DNA of 62,904 nt, the filler included, from Craspedostauros australis (lineage: Eukaryota): assembly GCA_030167865.1 (NCBI GenBank). It is 11 parts of 11 records of this genome, joined end to end, with 100 filler letters (N's around TTAATTAATTAA, not from the genome) between each part and the next. Parts side by side here need not be neighbours in the genome. Positions count along the whole stretch, not along the records: positions 37,394 to 42,768 come from JALAGF010004169.1; positions 42,869 to 45,749 come from JALAGF010004170.1; positions 45,850 to 49,454 come from JALAGF010004172.1; positions 49,555 to 54,877 come from JALAGF010004173.1; 7 more parts are not named here. One strand, given 5' to 3'. Below the pieces are notes generated by a model. The model made no database searches, was not told the origin of the DNA, and saw only the letters and a list, made by a program, of their open reading frames with translations. The position numbers and the translations under genes were made by a program. This document shows positions 38,375 through 50,832 of this stretch, piece after piece; position 1 is the stretch's first letter; the number at the start of each line of letters is the position of its first letter.

Positions 38375-41300
38375 GTTGTCAGTTGTCAGTTGCTTTGCCT
38401 TGCTTTGCTTGCTTAGTGGTACGCGTGCTGGTCAAGTAAACAACACAAGAGAATGTTTAGGAGGTATTGCGGAGGGAGAAGCTTTGGACGCTGCGGTTCG
38501 AAGTCTAGACAACAACGGATGCAACAGTTTAACCTTGGCTTGGCTTGTTTCTTCAGGATGGCATTCGACCTTCCGGTTTTGTGATTTGGTCTGGGATGCG
38601 AGGTGGGTCGAAATGTTGGGGTCTGCATTTGTTGTTGTTGGCGGTTGGTCGCCAATCAACGCACAAACACCGTGGCCACACACGCAACGCGCCATGGTCG
38701 TTTCCAACCACGGTTGTCGCGCTGCTGCGCGTTGTTGGTGTGGCAAGCTCAGTCGTGGAGAAACCAATTCACGTTTGGGATCAATCGGAATAGTAAGCGG
38801 TAGGCTGGGAGGAAAGCAACAACAATCGTACGGACAGGCAGACATACGGACTCTTGGATGCGATGATCAATCGGTCTTTCCCTCTCTAGATTTCATACGG
38901 AGGCTACAGGACAGTGCACGATTCTGGTTCCAACTCTTGCGAGCTGCTCTCGCATGGTCAGCATTGTATAACGCACTCTACAGTTACTCTGCAATGCTCA
39001 TTCCACCCCGCTCTTGCCCTGATAAATGCAATTCTACGCGGGGACGTCACACCAACACAGGGGTCGGCACGGAGCCGCCTCGCAGAACACGCACGTGCAT
39101 GTCTAGCGAGCGCAGAAGGTCGCAGAGTGCGTGTGGATCATCGGAGCCGTTCGCATTGTTCGTGCGTATTCGTCGTGCCGCAACCGGCGCATGGATACGT
39201 CCTGTGGTACACGTACGAGTAGATTAGAGTCGAGTCGAGTCGAGTACACGGTAATGACATCAGAAAGGTTCCGGATGTGCTGCCGCCTGACTGTTCTGAT
39301 CCTGCCCGTGTTCTCTGTTGCTCGTGCGTTCTCTTCCGTGCCACGCGGTAGGACGAAACGGCAGACGCAATGTGGAATGTCGAGGATTGGGCTTTCCAAC
39401 AACTCATTAGTATCACCGCTGCAAAGAATTGGAGGTACCGCAGAATATCGTCAGAGTATCTACTCTACTCTGCTCCACCCTGCTCTACGAACATCTACCC
39501 TCCTCGTGCTCTTGCATCTTTCAGAATCCGCCACCTTCATCTATCGGTGGCGACAATGGATAACACTGCTCGACTGGAATAGCATGCGAGATGAGGAATG
39601 ACGCGGGAACGAGAGGTCCGTTTCGCCAAGGGCCTTGCTTCGCCAAACTCAGATCGCAAACCAAGCCAATTCGAATCAAGCCAAATCGAACAGATCAAGA
39701 AGTAGCGCCAACATCAGAAATGTGGAGCACAACTTTGATGTATGAGCAAATAAGCTCCTGCGGCTTGGCCCTCACGGATCTTGCCCTTCCACTGGCGGGA
39801 TCGGTTGGCCAATGCACGGCGATCATCATCGCACATGTGGTTAACAGTGCGGTTCCTTTTGCATTTGCTCCCAGACACGCCGGGGGAGGGTGGCTTGGTT
39901 GTGCTTGCAATGTGGTGGTAAGGGTCCGAGACAACGATAGTTCCAGTTGCCGTGGTGATCCAGAGGTCAAAGAATTCTACCGCTTTTGGGATGCCCGAAA
40001 GGCGTGATTGAGTTTTGGTAATTACGCCGTGTCATTACGATCCTCCGTGTGGATTCGCAGGTTCAGGCTCACTCAACAACAAGGCGAAAATGGTTCTATT
40101 GTATCTGTGGACTTGAGCGAGGTTGGGCATCTTCCAATCCAGAGGTGGAAGAAGCCACACGAGGACGACTGTCCCTACTGCGCTCAAACCCGTCGTTCCA
40201 ACTGCCGCCGCCGCCACAGCTGCCATCCATCATCTGCAATCAGAATCCAAGCTGATGCCTCCTGTCCTTGCGAGTACTTCTAGGAACTACGAACTACGAA
40301 CTATTCTAACACGCGTCTTCTGTTTCCGAAGCCATCGCTTCCATTGCCAAAGCAGCGCTTTTGCTCGTGAGTCCGAGCGCGACTCCTTGTGCGTGCACGT
40401 GTGGTGGGCAAGTGAGTGAGGATGAGAGAATGCGTGAAGACGAGCCATCACTTCGTTGGTCATCCATTCGCAATCGTGGCCGAAACTTGTATCCTTGTTG
40501 CCATCTATCTGTAGGCAGAGTAATTGCGCTTCGACAGTTGGATAGATTGGCACAGTTGATACAATTGGGAGTCAGAAAGGATAAATATCGCTTGTACTAC
40601 CATCGCGGTTGCGGAACGGTTGCGCATCGAGGAACAATTTGATATTTACATGACGAATAGAGAACACCGCATGGGGAACATGGCAAGACAGGCTTCGTGC
40701 GATGTGACATGGAGCGTTAAGTAACGAAGCCACATGTGGTCGCCACCAACTCAGAACGTGACAGGACACGTCTGCTCTCACATATTATTTCGTTCCTCCG
40801 ATCTTTGCGAATCATGACGTCTCCCACAGTGCCTTTTGCAACGGAGTGGGCAAACATGCACGCATAACCTCCGGGGAAGAACTCCTGTGAATCTCGAAGG
40901 GCTAACACCACCAATCGCTGTGCGGTCACGAAACACCGCGCCAAGGCAGGAAGGACGCAGCGAGAGCTACGAGCACGAGCATGTGCGGCGATGACACACC
41001 GTCGCTATTTTCAACAGGTAGCTGCTCCCACTGTCTCTCCCGTTGGCGCTACTTTGAGCTGTACTGGAAGTGGCTGCAACGATGCGACCTGCTCACGATG
41101 GTGCCTTCTCTCAATACCGCGAATTGTCAACTGCCACAATGACACATCGCATCAGAGCATATGGATTCTTTTGAATTTGTTTTTGCAGATTGCCATCGTT
41201 GATGCTCTGTCAGCAGAGCCAACAACGAGAATGGAAAGAAGAACCAAGAACAGGAGTCTCTGTCCTCTTCCCTGGGAGCAGACGTTTGTCCTCCAACGCC

Positions 41301-42768
41301 AGTTCAGCTGAAGTGGACAATGATAAGAAAGAGATAAGAATAGGGAAGGAAAGGAATGATGTCACTCGTCGTGCGCATAATAGAATGTAACACAATGCTC
41401 TATGATACGCACACGCCCTTCTATGAGGACAAGGTATACCATTCCCGCTAACACCCACAGGATCGCACCTCTAACCTCGAACGTCAATATCAGCAACGAT
41501 TGCGGTGCACGAGGTGGAAAAGATCGTATCCAAATCCGCGGCTGCCTTAAGCACACTCGTGAGAGCAAACGAAAAGAGGAACAGCTCAACAGTCACAATC
41601 CCGAAATAGAAATGATGTGGAATGGCAGTGAGTACATTGTGAGCACTGTGTCAGCGTTGTCATTGTCTGCAGGTTGCTGTTGGCGGGCTGATTCGGCCCT
41701 GTCCAGAATAAAACAGACATCAGACTGGAGTGTAGATTACGTACTCTACTCAGTGTGGCCTTTCGAAGTACTCGCGGTTTGCAGTCCGTCCTCTCAGATT
41801 ACGCACTATGGAATGTGCCATACGACTATACGTACTCGCACGCGTACGAGGAGTGGTCTGGGACGTGGGTGAAAGATGTGAAAAAGATTCACGAATGCTC
41901 CACACGTGTCTTTTTCTGTCGCTGACAAGTTCCTCCCATGTTCCACAAGAATGAGAATCAAAACACGAGCGATTTGGCAAAGGAGAATGCGGCGGAACAA
42001 AGGACGCAATTTTCCACTGGTGCTCCTGGGAGGTGCGGTAATCCCCATCATTAGTGCATCAGAAAAGTACTTTTTCATACAAAAACGGTGTTCTCCACCT
42101 CATTTCATGTGTTTTTACGCAAGAATTCCGATGCTTTAACGAACCACATTCTCTTGGAGTCAAAATGACGCTGGTGTGTCACCATCGTTCTTCAGCTTGT
42201 TCATCGCATGCCACTTACTGTGTTGCCACCATGTCGCCATGGTGTTCCATTCTTCCTCGGGTCTTCCGTTTGTCTCCGCCAATGAGGTTGGAATGGTTGC
42301 TGGTGCCACCTCCCTTTCATTGCACGAACTGATGCCGAGACTCAATCATCATGCCGTCGTCATCTTAGTCCAACCCACGCACAGCTCCTCCTCCCCCCGT
42401 GGTCGGCGTGACTGATCGGCCACATTTTCCGTCCAACGGAGACACACAACAGGCAGCTGTACACACTTGTCGTTTGTTCTGCATCATCCATCCTTCCGCC
42501 CTTTCGTCTTGGCCTTCCGCTCTTTCGTCTCCGCCTTCTGACTCGCAGTGGTCGCACAATCGGTCGTCTCTGTTCCCGTCATTCCCGACCTTCCAGTATG
42601 GGAGTCTGTTCTGGCAACCGGCGTTGTGTCCCTCATGCTTCCAACACACTTAATCGCAACATGGACACAACACACACGATAGCCCAACGTCGTTTGTGCC
42701 TTCTCGACCGCCGGTGTTTCCTGTTCATCGCACCTCCCCAACAAACATTGCTATGCCCAACCCCCCCC

Positions 42769-42868
42769 NNNNNNNNNNNNNNNNNNNNNNNNNNNNNNNN
42801 NNNNNNNNNNNNTTAATTAATTAANNNNNNNNNNNNNNNNNNNNNNNNNNNNNNNNNNNNNNNNNNNN
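42769..42868. other. Artificial contig linker
   Basis: N44-TTAATTAATTAA-N44. Confidence 0.98.
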
Positions 42869-44010
42869 AAGAGCACTGCCATGCAAGAGCCTGAATCGAT
42901 GGTCATCGCTGGATGTGTGAATGCATCGCCGCGTTGTGGAACAGTCTTGGCTATGCTGGGGCCACTGTATCATCCGAATACTTTGGTAGTATAATAGCTT
43001 GCGGAGTAACCATGGAATCATTTAGTCGCCTCGCCTTGCCTCCGTTCTGAGAGTCAGCTCGCGAAATAAGCAATGTGGGCTGCGTCGTGTCCGCAGCATA
43101 TGGCACGTGCATGGTACGTGGCCAACTGCACAATCGCGTAGAGTAGTCGCATGGACCCTCTTCATCCCGTTGCCATAACTGTATCGATGGCAACCAGTGA
43201 TTAAACGGGACGTCTTCGAGACAGATCCAACAAGCTGGGAGTGGAAGGTGTCGCGCCAGCTTGCTGCGAGCCATGTGTGCTTGAAGTACGTAATGCCGGT
43301 CGTAGTAAAGTCGGACTACGGCATGTGGTAGGATCCACACCTCTCCTCGTACTTCTAATCCCAGTTTGGAGATGGCACCAGTACCGCCCCATGCATGATG
43401 CAACGACATCATGTGTGTCGGATAGACATCGATGTGGAGATCGGGGAGCAAGCGTGATCGGCGACGACCGCAGAAGTGGTACTGGTGGGAGGTGATGCAG
43501 TGACCAGTTCAGACACACTTCGGCTTTGTTTGTTTGTCGTTCATGTTTGCGGGACTCATAGCAAGCTACGACTTGGGACTCGACACCACAGATTCGAGAT
43601 CGAAGGAATCAACAAACTCGTTGCGGATGCGGTCATGGGTCAGCACCTCAACGACGTATTGCAATAGAATAGAGTAAAGCAGAGTAGTACTATATTACTA
43701 TTTTTGTTTGAATGAGCATTGCTATTTTCAATTGATCAGACTCGATCCAAAGTTGTCTCACTGTGGTGTAGACCACACTCGTGGAGATTTGGATTGTTCG
43801 AAGTCTTGGCATGCTCCGCTTCACTTCTTGCGGAAGCTTCTGTTGCATTGAAGTGCGTTCATCGCATCTCGCAGCCTCTCAACGATCGAGGCAAGGTGCG
43901 AAGCAATGTCTGCTTGCCACCGCTCTCGCAGAAGGACCATTGTGATGGTGCGAGATGAGCGCGCATCTTCATGTACGCAATGATGCTACCGGCGGAGCAG
44001 TGTCTGCATC

Positions 44011-45108
44011 TCACCAACCTCCATCGACCTTGATGATGACACGACCCTTCTTTCCATTCTCCATCTGACGTGCCATCGCCTCGTCCACGTCCTTTGCCAT
44101 GAACTCCGAGTCGATGTCGATCTTCAAGATACCATCTTGCATCAACTCAAGAATGTGTTCGAGGTTCTCCTTCTTGGAGTTGCAGGCCACCCAACGGAAG
44201 GTCTGCGAGGAAATCAGAGACGCCAACCAGCTTGTCAGCATGTACTCGAAGGTGGGTATGGTCTGGACGAAGGCGCCAGTCTTTGGCTTGAGGAGGCTGC
44301 GGACGGACCAAGACCAGAAGCTGTTCTGCGTTGGAGTATCGAACAGGATATCGATCTTGTGCTTCATTCCCAAGGTGCGCTCGATGTACTTGAGCGGATT
44401 AGAGTGCTCCTTGCGATCCACGACCACGTCGGCTCCGAATGCGCGCACGCGCTTCACATCTCTGGTGCTGCAGATGGCAATCACTTGTGCTGCGCCGAGG
44501 CCCTTTGCGATGCCCACAGCAGCGCTTCCCACGCCGCCGCCGGCACCAACGATGAGAACCGTCTTGCCCTTCGCCATGCCTCCGAGGTCGACCAAGGACT
44601 GGTATGCGGTGATGGCCTCAGTGCTGGCCGCTGAAGCCACCTTGGGCTCGATCTTCTGCTGAGCACCACCAGCCGAGGACTTTGGCTGCAGCTTGGCGCA
44701 ATCGTTGGAGCTCACAACGATGTACTCAGCGAGTGCTCCTTGCTTCTGTGTTGGCTCATACTGCAAGTGACCGAACACGGTGTCGCCTACTTTGAGGGTA
44801 GTGGACTTGGTGGTATCGCCATCAGTCTCACTCTCAGACTTAGGTGCAGCGGTGCTGACGTCTGCGACGATGCCGGCGTAGTGATACCCGATCAGCAAGG
44901 GGTCAGCCTTCAAGTCATGGACGAAACCTCCCACTATGGTTTGTTCGCAAATGTCAGGTGTCGCGGTATCCAATGCCGAGTACAGCACCTTGACGAGGAC
45001 ATTGCCATCCTTCACGTTGGAATCCTCGAGGCTGGGCTTGGGGATCTCGATCTGTTGCATCTTCTTTGCCTTGCGGTTGAATTCGATAGCTTTCATCATA
45101 ATACTCAT
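44011..45108 (-). CDS. MDR-superfamily NAD(P)H:quinone oxidoreductase-like protein (Zn-independent, RTN4IP1/ceQORH-like)
   Basis: VLVKVLYSAL, LKVGDTVFG, GALAEYIV, TAYQSL, nucleotide-binding VLIVGAGGGVGSAAV, C-terminal KGRVII. Likely ATG at 45108 (MSIMMKAIEF). Confidence 0.85.
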   Translation of the reverse strand: MSIMMKAIEFNRKAKKMQQIEIPKPSLEDSNVKDGNVLVKVLYSALDTATPDICEQTIVGGFVHDLKADPLLIGYHYAGIVADVSTAAPKSESETDGDTTKSTTLKVGDTVFGHLQYEPTQKQGALAEYIVVSSNDCAKLQPKSSAGGAQQKIEPKVASAASTEAITAYQSLVDLGGMAKGKTVLIVGAGGGVGSAAVGIAKGLGAAQVIAICSTRDVKRVRAFGADVVVDRKEHSNPLKYIERTLGMKHKIDILFDTPTQNSFWSWSVRSLLKPKTGAFVQTIPTFEYMLTSWLASLISSQTFRWVACNSKKENLEHILELMQDGILKIDIDSEFMAKDVDEAMARQMENGKKGRVIIKVDGGW

Positions 45109-45749
45109 TGTTGTCGTTGTTGTTGTTGTTGTCGTCGTCGTCGGTGTTGCTTTTGATTTTAATTGTTGTTGGTCTTGTTGTTTGCTTGATTGCAGTTGTT
45201 TGGAATTGGCTTTTATGAGAAGAAGGAGGAGGAAGTGGAGGTGGTCGAGAAGGAAGTCGGCGTAGAGGAAGTGGAGCACATGTCTCTACTCGCAGCGTGT
45301 CTTGGGATCCTCGACACAAAGTCGATCGAAATGACATGAGTTGATGTGAGTTGAGCTGGGTCGGCCTGGGTGGAGTTCTCATGTCGTAGGATACTCCTCA
45401 GGAATTGCTTCCATTGACGAACAAAAACGACGCCATTCGCAACGAACGTAGTGGAGCAACCGATGAGAACAAAAATGAACAAATTAGAGAGAATCCACGC
45501 TTACAAATTCAAGGATTGTGCAGACGTGTTGCGCGTGAATCGTGTTGCCGCATGGGTGACATCAGCGCACAAATGATACCGCGATGGCGCAACCTGCTGA
45601 TGAGTGCCAATCGGATACGCCGACGTTGCTGGAAAGAGTTCTCGTATGCCTGCATGCATGATGCACACATGCATTCGTCGGAGCACGAGGAAAGGAGAGA
45701 TTTGGATTCTTCTTCTCCTCCGGAGCGAAGTGACAAACTAAGATCTGGC

Positions 45750-45849
45750 NNNNNNNNNNNNNNNNNNNNNNNNNNNNNNNNNNNNNNNNNNNNTTAATTA
45801 ATTAANNNNNNNNNNNNNNNNNNNNNNNNNNNNNNNNNNNNNNNNNNNN
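45750..45849. other. Artificial contig linker
   Basis: N44-TTAATTAATTAA-N44. Confidence 0.98.
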
Positions 45850-45850
45850 A

Positions 45851-48256
45851 TGCGAATCCATGAATGAAAATGATCTCAATCCATCCGTTGTGGGAGTCAC
45901 CTTCGTGGGTGAAGCCTCATGCACCAATCCAGGATCATGCGAGGGAGTTGGACATCGCTCTTACGGCAATGTCGTCGTCCTGGATGCCTCTTGCGTCGGC
46001 TCAGATGCATGCAACGCGGCCGGACGCCGCAGTCAGCAGAAAACCTCCAACCGTTTCCCAAGCCACATCAGCATTGGACCGAATGCATGCATTGGCATCG
46101 ATGCCTGCAAGGATACCCATTCCACAGTCAATTATGGCACTGCCGGCAAGTACAAAGGGAGTCTGACGATCGGCGACGGCGGTTGCGATCAGGACCGCTC
46201 CTGCGAAAAGATTGGTTTCAACGACAGGTTAGGAATGGACATCATCGTTGCTCCTGGTGAGTGCAGTGTCGCCGGCACCTGCAGGGGATGCATCACCGCA
46301 AAAGACTGCGACAACGGTGGGGCGTATCTCATCAGCAACACCGATGGAGCTTGCCCCAAGGGAGACAGCAGCTCCGGTGGCAATCCGACTGGGGAGAGGG
46401 TGGAGGAGTACTGCATTGGAAGAGACAGCTTGCCCACAGAGACCCCGACCTTCTTTCCAACACCTCTTCCGACCATCACAAGAAGACCAACCAACAGTCC
46501 AACTGTCTTTGGGTCGGCCATGCCGAGCACAGTTCCGTCCGAGGCCCCCTCCAATATTCCTTCCGAAAATCCATCCGATGTCCCAAGCTCACTGCCCTCG
46601 GACAACCCAAGTTCACTTCCATCAGGTGCTCCTTCCAACCAACCTTCCAATGTCCCGTCTGACCAACCATCTGATCTTCCGTCCGACCAACCATCCGACC
46701 AACCTTCCAATATCCCATCTGACGAACCATCCAATGTCCCAAGCTCACTGCCCTCGGACAACCCAAGTTCACTCCCATCAGACACTCCATCCGACCAACC
46801 TTCCAATGGCCCATCTGACCAACCATCTGATCTTCCGTCCGACCAACCGTCCGACACTCCGTCCGACCAACCTTCCAATGTCCCATCTGACCAACCATCC
46901 GATGTTCCAAGCTCACTGCCTTCGGACAGCCCAAGTTCACTCCCGTCAGGTGCTCCTTCCAACCAACCTTCCAATGGCCCATCTGACCAACCATCTGATC
47001 TTCCGTCCGACCAACCGTCCGACACTCCATCCGACCAACCTTCCAGTGCCCCATCTGACCAACCGTCTGATCTTCCGTCCGACCAACCGTCCTCAATGCC
47101 GACTGAAACCCCATCTAACAGCCCATCGACTGTGCCTTCAGACACCCCCAGCCTAGCTCCTTCGGAATCCATTGCTCCAACTGAAGTACCAACGATCACG
47201 ATGGCGCCAACCCGTTCCCCAGCCACCATTCAAGTTGGCTGTCTCGAAACTCCTGGAAATGGATCATCGAATTTCAACCCCGTTGCCGATGTAGTCAGCT
47301 GCGATGGCGCGACCGGAACATGTGCCCACTTCATCGATTATATCAACGCACTTGACGATGGCAAAGCCAAAATGATCAAAAGTATCTTTGGCTGCGAACC
47401 ATCAGGGGTGGCTGTGTCGCAGGAGGTGGCCCAGAAACGCTTCAACAGCATGAAGAATGACGCGGAGGTGACCCAACTGTTGTTGACAACAGTGGCGACC
47501 AAGAACCTCCTCACTGGTGGTGGACCCCAGTTGACGGCAGCTTGCAATGGCAACTGCTGCACAGGAGACGAAGCGTGTGTGGTTAGTCCCTCCACTGGTG
47601 TGATGACGATTACCGAAAGTTCATGCATGGTCGGAGACAGTAACTGCAACCTTGTGGTCGAAAACGCTATTATCATCGACAGCTGCACCTCCAACAGTCA
47701 AAGCACTGATGATACCTGCGCCAATTTTGGTACGTTCACCACGGCCCCAAACTCGGCTGCCCAGCTTGGCTACAAAGTGATTGGGCCAAATGCTTGCAAA
47801 GATCTGGAGGGTTGCAAGGCCATGGGCAAAGACGTCTATGGTAACGTGAGAGTCGCAGAAGGGGCTTGCTCTGACGGGGTGTTCGCTTGCCGAAACCTGG
47901 GACAACGTAAGAGTCAAGGCAATATCGCATCACCAATCCGAGTCGATATTAGTATCGAAACCAACGCGTGCCGAGATGATATCGCTTGCACATCGATGTA
48001 TAAAAATACTGCCATCGCAACGGGAAGTGTTACCGTGAAGAAGAATGCATGCAACGGAGAGTCTGTGTGCGGCGATCTTCATCAGGACGGGATTGGAGGC
48101 AATGACCTTGTCATCGAAGAAGGAGCCTGCATTGGAACTGTTACGTGCCGAGATTGCTTGAAGGGCGTCCAGTCATGTGATTTGTCCTCAGAAACATACA
48201 CCATCAGCGCCCCAAAGGTTGGTTGTCCTGGTCCAGAACAATCTTCCTGCAGCTAA
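45851..48256 (+). CDS. Probable extracellular protein: Cys-rich repeat domains flanking a PSxxPS mucin-like linker; 5' end probably cut by the contig edge
   Basis: ORF of 798 aa or more, open to the gap. Recurrent IGxNACxxxxAC-type units and about 50 PSxx tetrapeptides. Confidence 0.8.
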   Translation, partial: CESMNENDLNPSVVGVTFVGEASCTNPGSCEGVGHRSYGNVVVLDASCVGSDACNAAGRRSQQKTSNRFPSHISIGPNACIGIDACKDTHSTVNYGTAGKYKGSLTIGDGGCDQDRSCEKIGFNDRLGMDIIVAPGECSVAGTCRGCITAKDCDNGGAYLISNTDGACPKGDSSSGGNPTGERVEEYCIGRDSLPTETPTFFPTPLPTITRRPTNSPTVFGSAMPSTVPSEAPSNIPSENPSDVPSSLPSDNPSSLPSGAPSNQPSNVPSDQPSDLPSDQPSDQPSNIPSDEPSNVPSSLPSDNPSSLPSDTPSDQPSNGPSDQPSDLPSDQPSDTPSDQPSNVPSDQPSDVPSSLPSDSPSSLPSGAPSNQPSNGPSDQPSDLPSDQPSDTPSDQPSSAPSDQPSDLPSDQPSSMPTETPSNSPSTVPSDTPSLAPSESIAPTEVPTITMAPTRSPATIQVGCLETPGNGSSNFNPVADVVSCDGATGTCAHFIDYINALDDGKAKMIKSIFGCEPSGVAVSQEVAQKRFNSMKNDAEVTQLLLTTVATKNLLTGGGPQLTAACNGNCCTGDEACVVSPSTGVMTITESSCMVGDSNCNLVVENAIIIDSCTSNSQSTDDTCANFGTFTTAPNSAAQLGYKVIGPNACKDLEGCKAMGKDVYGNVRVAEGACSDGVFACRNLGQRKSQGNIASPIRVDISIETNACRDDIACTSMYKNTAIATGSVTVKKNACNGESVCGDLHQDGIGGNDLVIEEGACIGTVTCRDCLKGVQSCDLSSETYTISAPKVGCPGPEQSSCS
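46520..47170 (+). repeat. Coding 12-bp (PSxx) tandem array with 156/168-bp higher-order units
   Basis: CCAAGCTCACTGCC block recurs at 46583, 46739 and 46907. Confidence 0.9.
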
Positions 48257-49454
48257 GACTGGCACGAAATAACACAATCAGAATACCGATACTAGGATTT
48301 CATCTCCCACATGAAGTATATCGCTGGTGTCGACATGCGGCTACAACTGCTACAACCACTTATACTAAGATACGAAATGAGCACGAGTACTAACACGAGG
48401 GCTGTATGATGGAATGGTACAGCACTGCTCTCACTCCATCTGGTACCACGGGTGGACGAGTTTACTTCGGCGGTTGGAGCCGTTGTTTGCGAGGGTGCGG
48501 TGAGATCTGATGGCTTCGTACCAGACCTCAGAAACTCAAAACTTCAAGAGTCCTGTGGCACCAACTATTACAATACAAACGTTGAAACACTGCCATGAGT
48601 CAATGTGGAGAATTGCACTCTCTCCCCTATCAAGCATAGTTCTCGTTGACTCCAACCACGCAGATAACTTTGGTGAGCAATATTATAAGATAGAATAGTA
48701 TAGCAGATAGCTGTATCGAAAACAACCTTTCCCCTCCTGTGATGAGTGAAGCTCTCCAGTCTGGGACACAGCGCATGGCACATGCGATGCTGGCACTTGA
48801 GCACAGATCAACTGACCGCTTTCACTCAACGTCTGCAGAGTGTAGGATACTCCATCAGCAGTACCATCCCCGTTCACATCGCCATGGACGCTGCCTCCGT
48901 CGACTTGTTCCGGTACCATCCAAACCATCTGACCAGCTGGCACGAGGAGAGTTGGAGCACCGTCCTTCGGCGTAACGGATGGCAGACTGCCCGGCACGTC
49001 CATGATCTCAAAGAAAGACGAACATGCAAGATCCACCCCATCATGATTGATCTGCTGACGGGCGTACCACTATTTGGGACAGTGAAAGCAGATGGTGAAA
49101 GCAGCTGGCCGCTGCGATATTTGCCTCCCAGTACGAATCCACGGCGTGTGCCTGCGACAGCATCCGTCGCACTGCATTCACCGAAAGGAACGGAGCGCAG
49201 TCGTTGGCGTGGATCACGTGTGTGGATGTCTCCAAAGCATGGCTGGGCAATGGGTAGCTGATGCTGCCTGATGACGATCCCTGCCTGAAGACGATTCCTG
49301 CTTGGTCCGTATCAATTGAGGTGAAACTGCAGGGTCCTGTTGTTTCGCATCCTGTTGCTTGCCAGTGTGGACGTCGACATCAGCATTGGCATCGACGCTG
49401 GACTCTGTCTCCCTCTCTCTTTTGTTGCTGTTGTCAGAATGCAAGGTATACACG

Positions 49455-49554
49455 NNNNNNNNNNNNNNNNNNNNNNNNNNNNNNNNNNNNNNNNNNNNTT
49501 AATTAATTAANNNNNNNNNNNNNNNNNNNNNNNNNNNNNNNNNNNNNNNNNNNN
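49455..49554. other. Artificial contig linker
   Basis: N44-TTAATTAATTAA-N44. Confidence 0.98.
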
Positions 49555-49959
49555 ACACCATCACGCTACTCGTAGCCACACAGATGAACAACAAAGTCGT
49601 TCCCCAACTCTCATCGTCCAAGATCAAGGGTGGGGGCAGGGGCAGCAATACTGAGAGTCGTCGCGGCATGCTTCGAAATAGAAAGAAGACAAGGTCCCTT
49701 TTATTGATGACTCATCCATCCGATCGTTGATAGTTTGTTGCGATCCATGGTGTGCAGCGAGAAGCTCCGGGAGCACTCCAAAGTTTTCTCCGGAGATCGC
49801 TAAATTCATCAAACTCTCATGCAACTACCATCACCATCTCATAAATTTCGTCGATCGACAATACAATCAACTCAACGATACCGTGCGACGCTACCTCGCA
49901 TTCCACTACACGACGATATCCTCCACACACATCACCTTCAACAAAGCAACACTCCAACG

Positions 49960-50322
49960 ATGAAACTTTCTTCCAACTTTTCCGTCAAGTCCATGTGGGT
50001 GCCCTTGACGGTCGTCCTGTTACTGGCTTGCGCAATGACGCCAGTTCAGGCTTCCGCAGCGCACGTGGCAATCGACAAAGTCGACGACGCTGTGCCGATC
50101 CTTCACCGTGTCAAGAAAGGAGGGGTGCGTGGATCCACACGACGTCATCTCAGCAGCACCCCAACCACCAGTGGCCACACCACGAGTGATCCCTCTCCAA
50201 GTGATCCCTCCACCAGCACGGATTCGAACAGCAACATCTTCACCCAACATCACATGAGTCATCGCCACCATTTTCACCATACGACCAAGACTGGACCCAC
50301 TACCTCTTCCAAATCACGTTGA
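49960..50322 (+). CDS. Small secreted precursor (120 aa): signal peptide, RXL site, S/T/P-rich then His-rich tail
   Basis: Starts MKLSS..WVPLTVVLLLACAMTPVQA; contains VRGSTRRHL and HHMSHRHHFHH. ATG preceded by a CAA-rich leader. Confidence 0.6.
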   Translation: MKLSSNFSVKSMWVPLTVVLLLACAMTPVQASAAHVAIDKVDDAVPILHRVKKGGVRGSTRRHLSSTPTTSGHTTSDPSPSDPSTSTDSNSNIFTQHHMSHRHHFHHTTKTGPTTSSKSR

Positions 50323-50832
50323 CGCGCTTTCATCGAAGATGAGGATGGTGAACTGAGGACGCGAAGAAGTGGGAATGGACATGCGGCAGAGTCGATAGAT
50401 CTGCTCTGCCACTGCAGAACACGACATGGTTATCCAACTGGCCAGGCATCCGTACGGTGCATCACATGCTGTTCAAGATGCAGCGAATGTGATGGTGTGT
50501 GTCATTGGTAATTCCAATGGAAACGCATGATGGTGACTGCGACGCGATGTAATCTTCCGAGCGATCCAAACTGCACCTGAGCTTCAATACAGTACTCTAT
50601 TCTCATTTGAATTAGCCACTTCATATTTCGCATGAATCCATCTCTCTTTTGCTTTCCGCTGGTACATTTCGAGTGCACATCTCCTATACGTATGGCCCTG
50701 CGCTTCACCAGTGTGTTTGTACCGAAGAGCGCGCCATGCTCTGCTTTGCTCCACCCTACCAAGTATTGGTATGCTGCCGGTACGTGTTAGTACTACTCGT
50801 CCATCCAGACGCGCGAATGTACGCACGAGTAG

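Noticed and set aside
23583..39635. Apparent 2.2-kb inverted repeat carrying RPLP0 and flanking a gene cluster (giant TIR element)
   Set aside because: Both arms start at contig edges on different contigs and look identical; a contig overlap explains it.
39636..43950. Short ORFs and possible transposon remnants
   Set aside because: No recognisable domain, terminal repeats or splice-consistent gene model found by eye.
46520..47170. Possible CRISPR-like array
   Set aside because: No unique spacers; in-frame coding tandem repeat in a eukaryotic gene.
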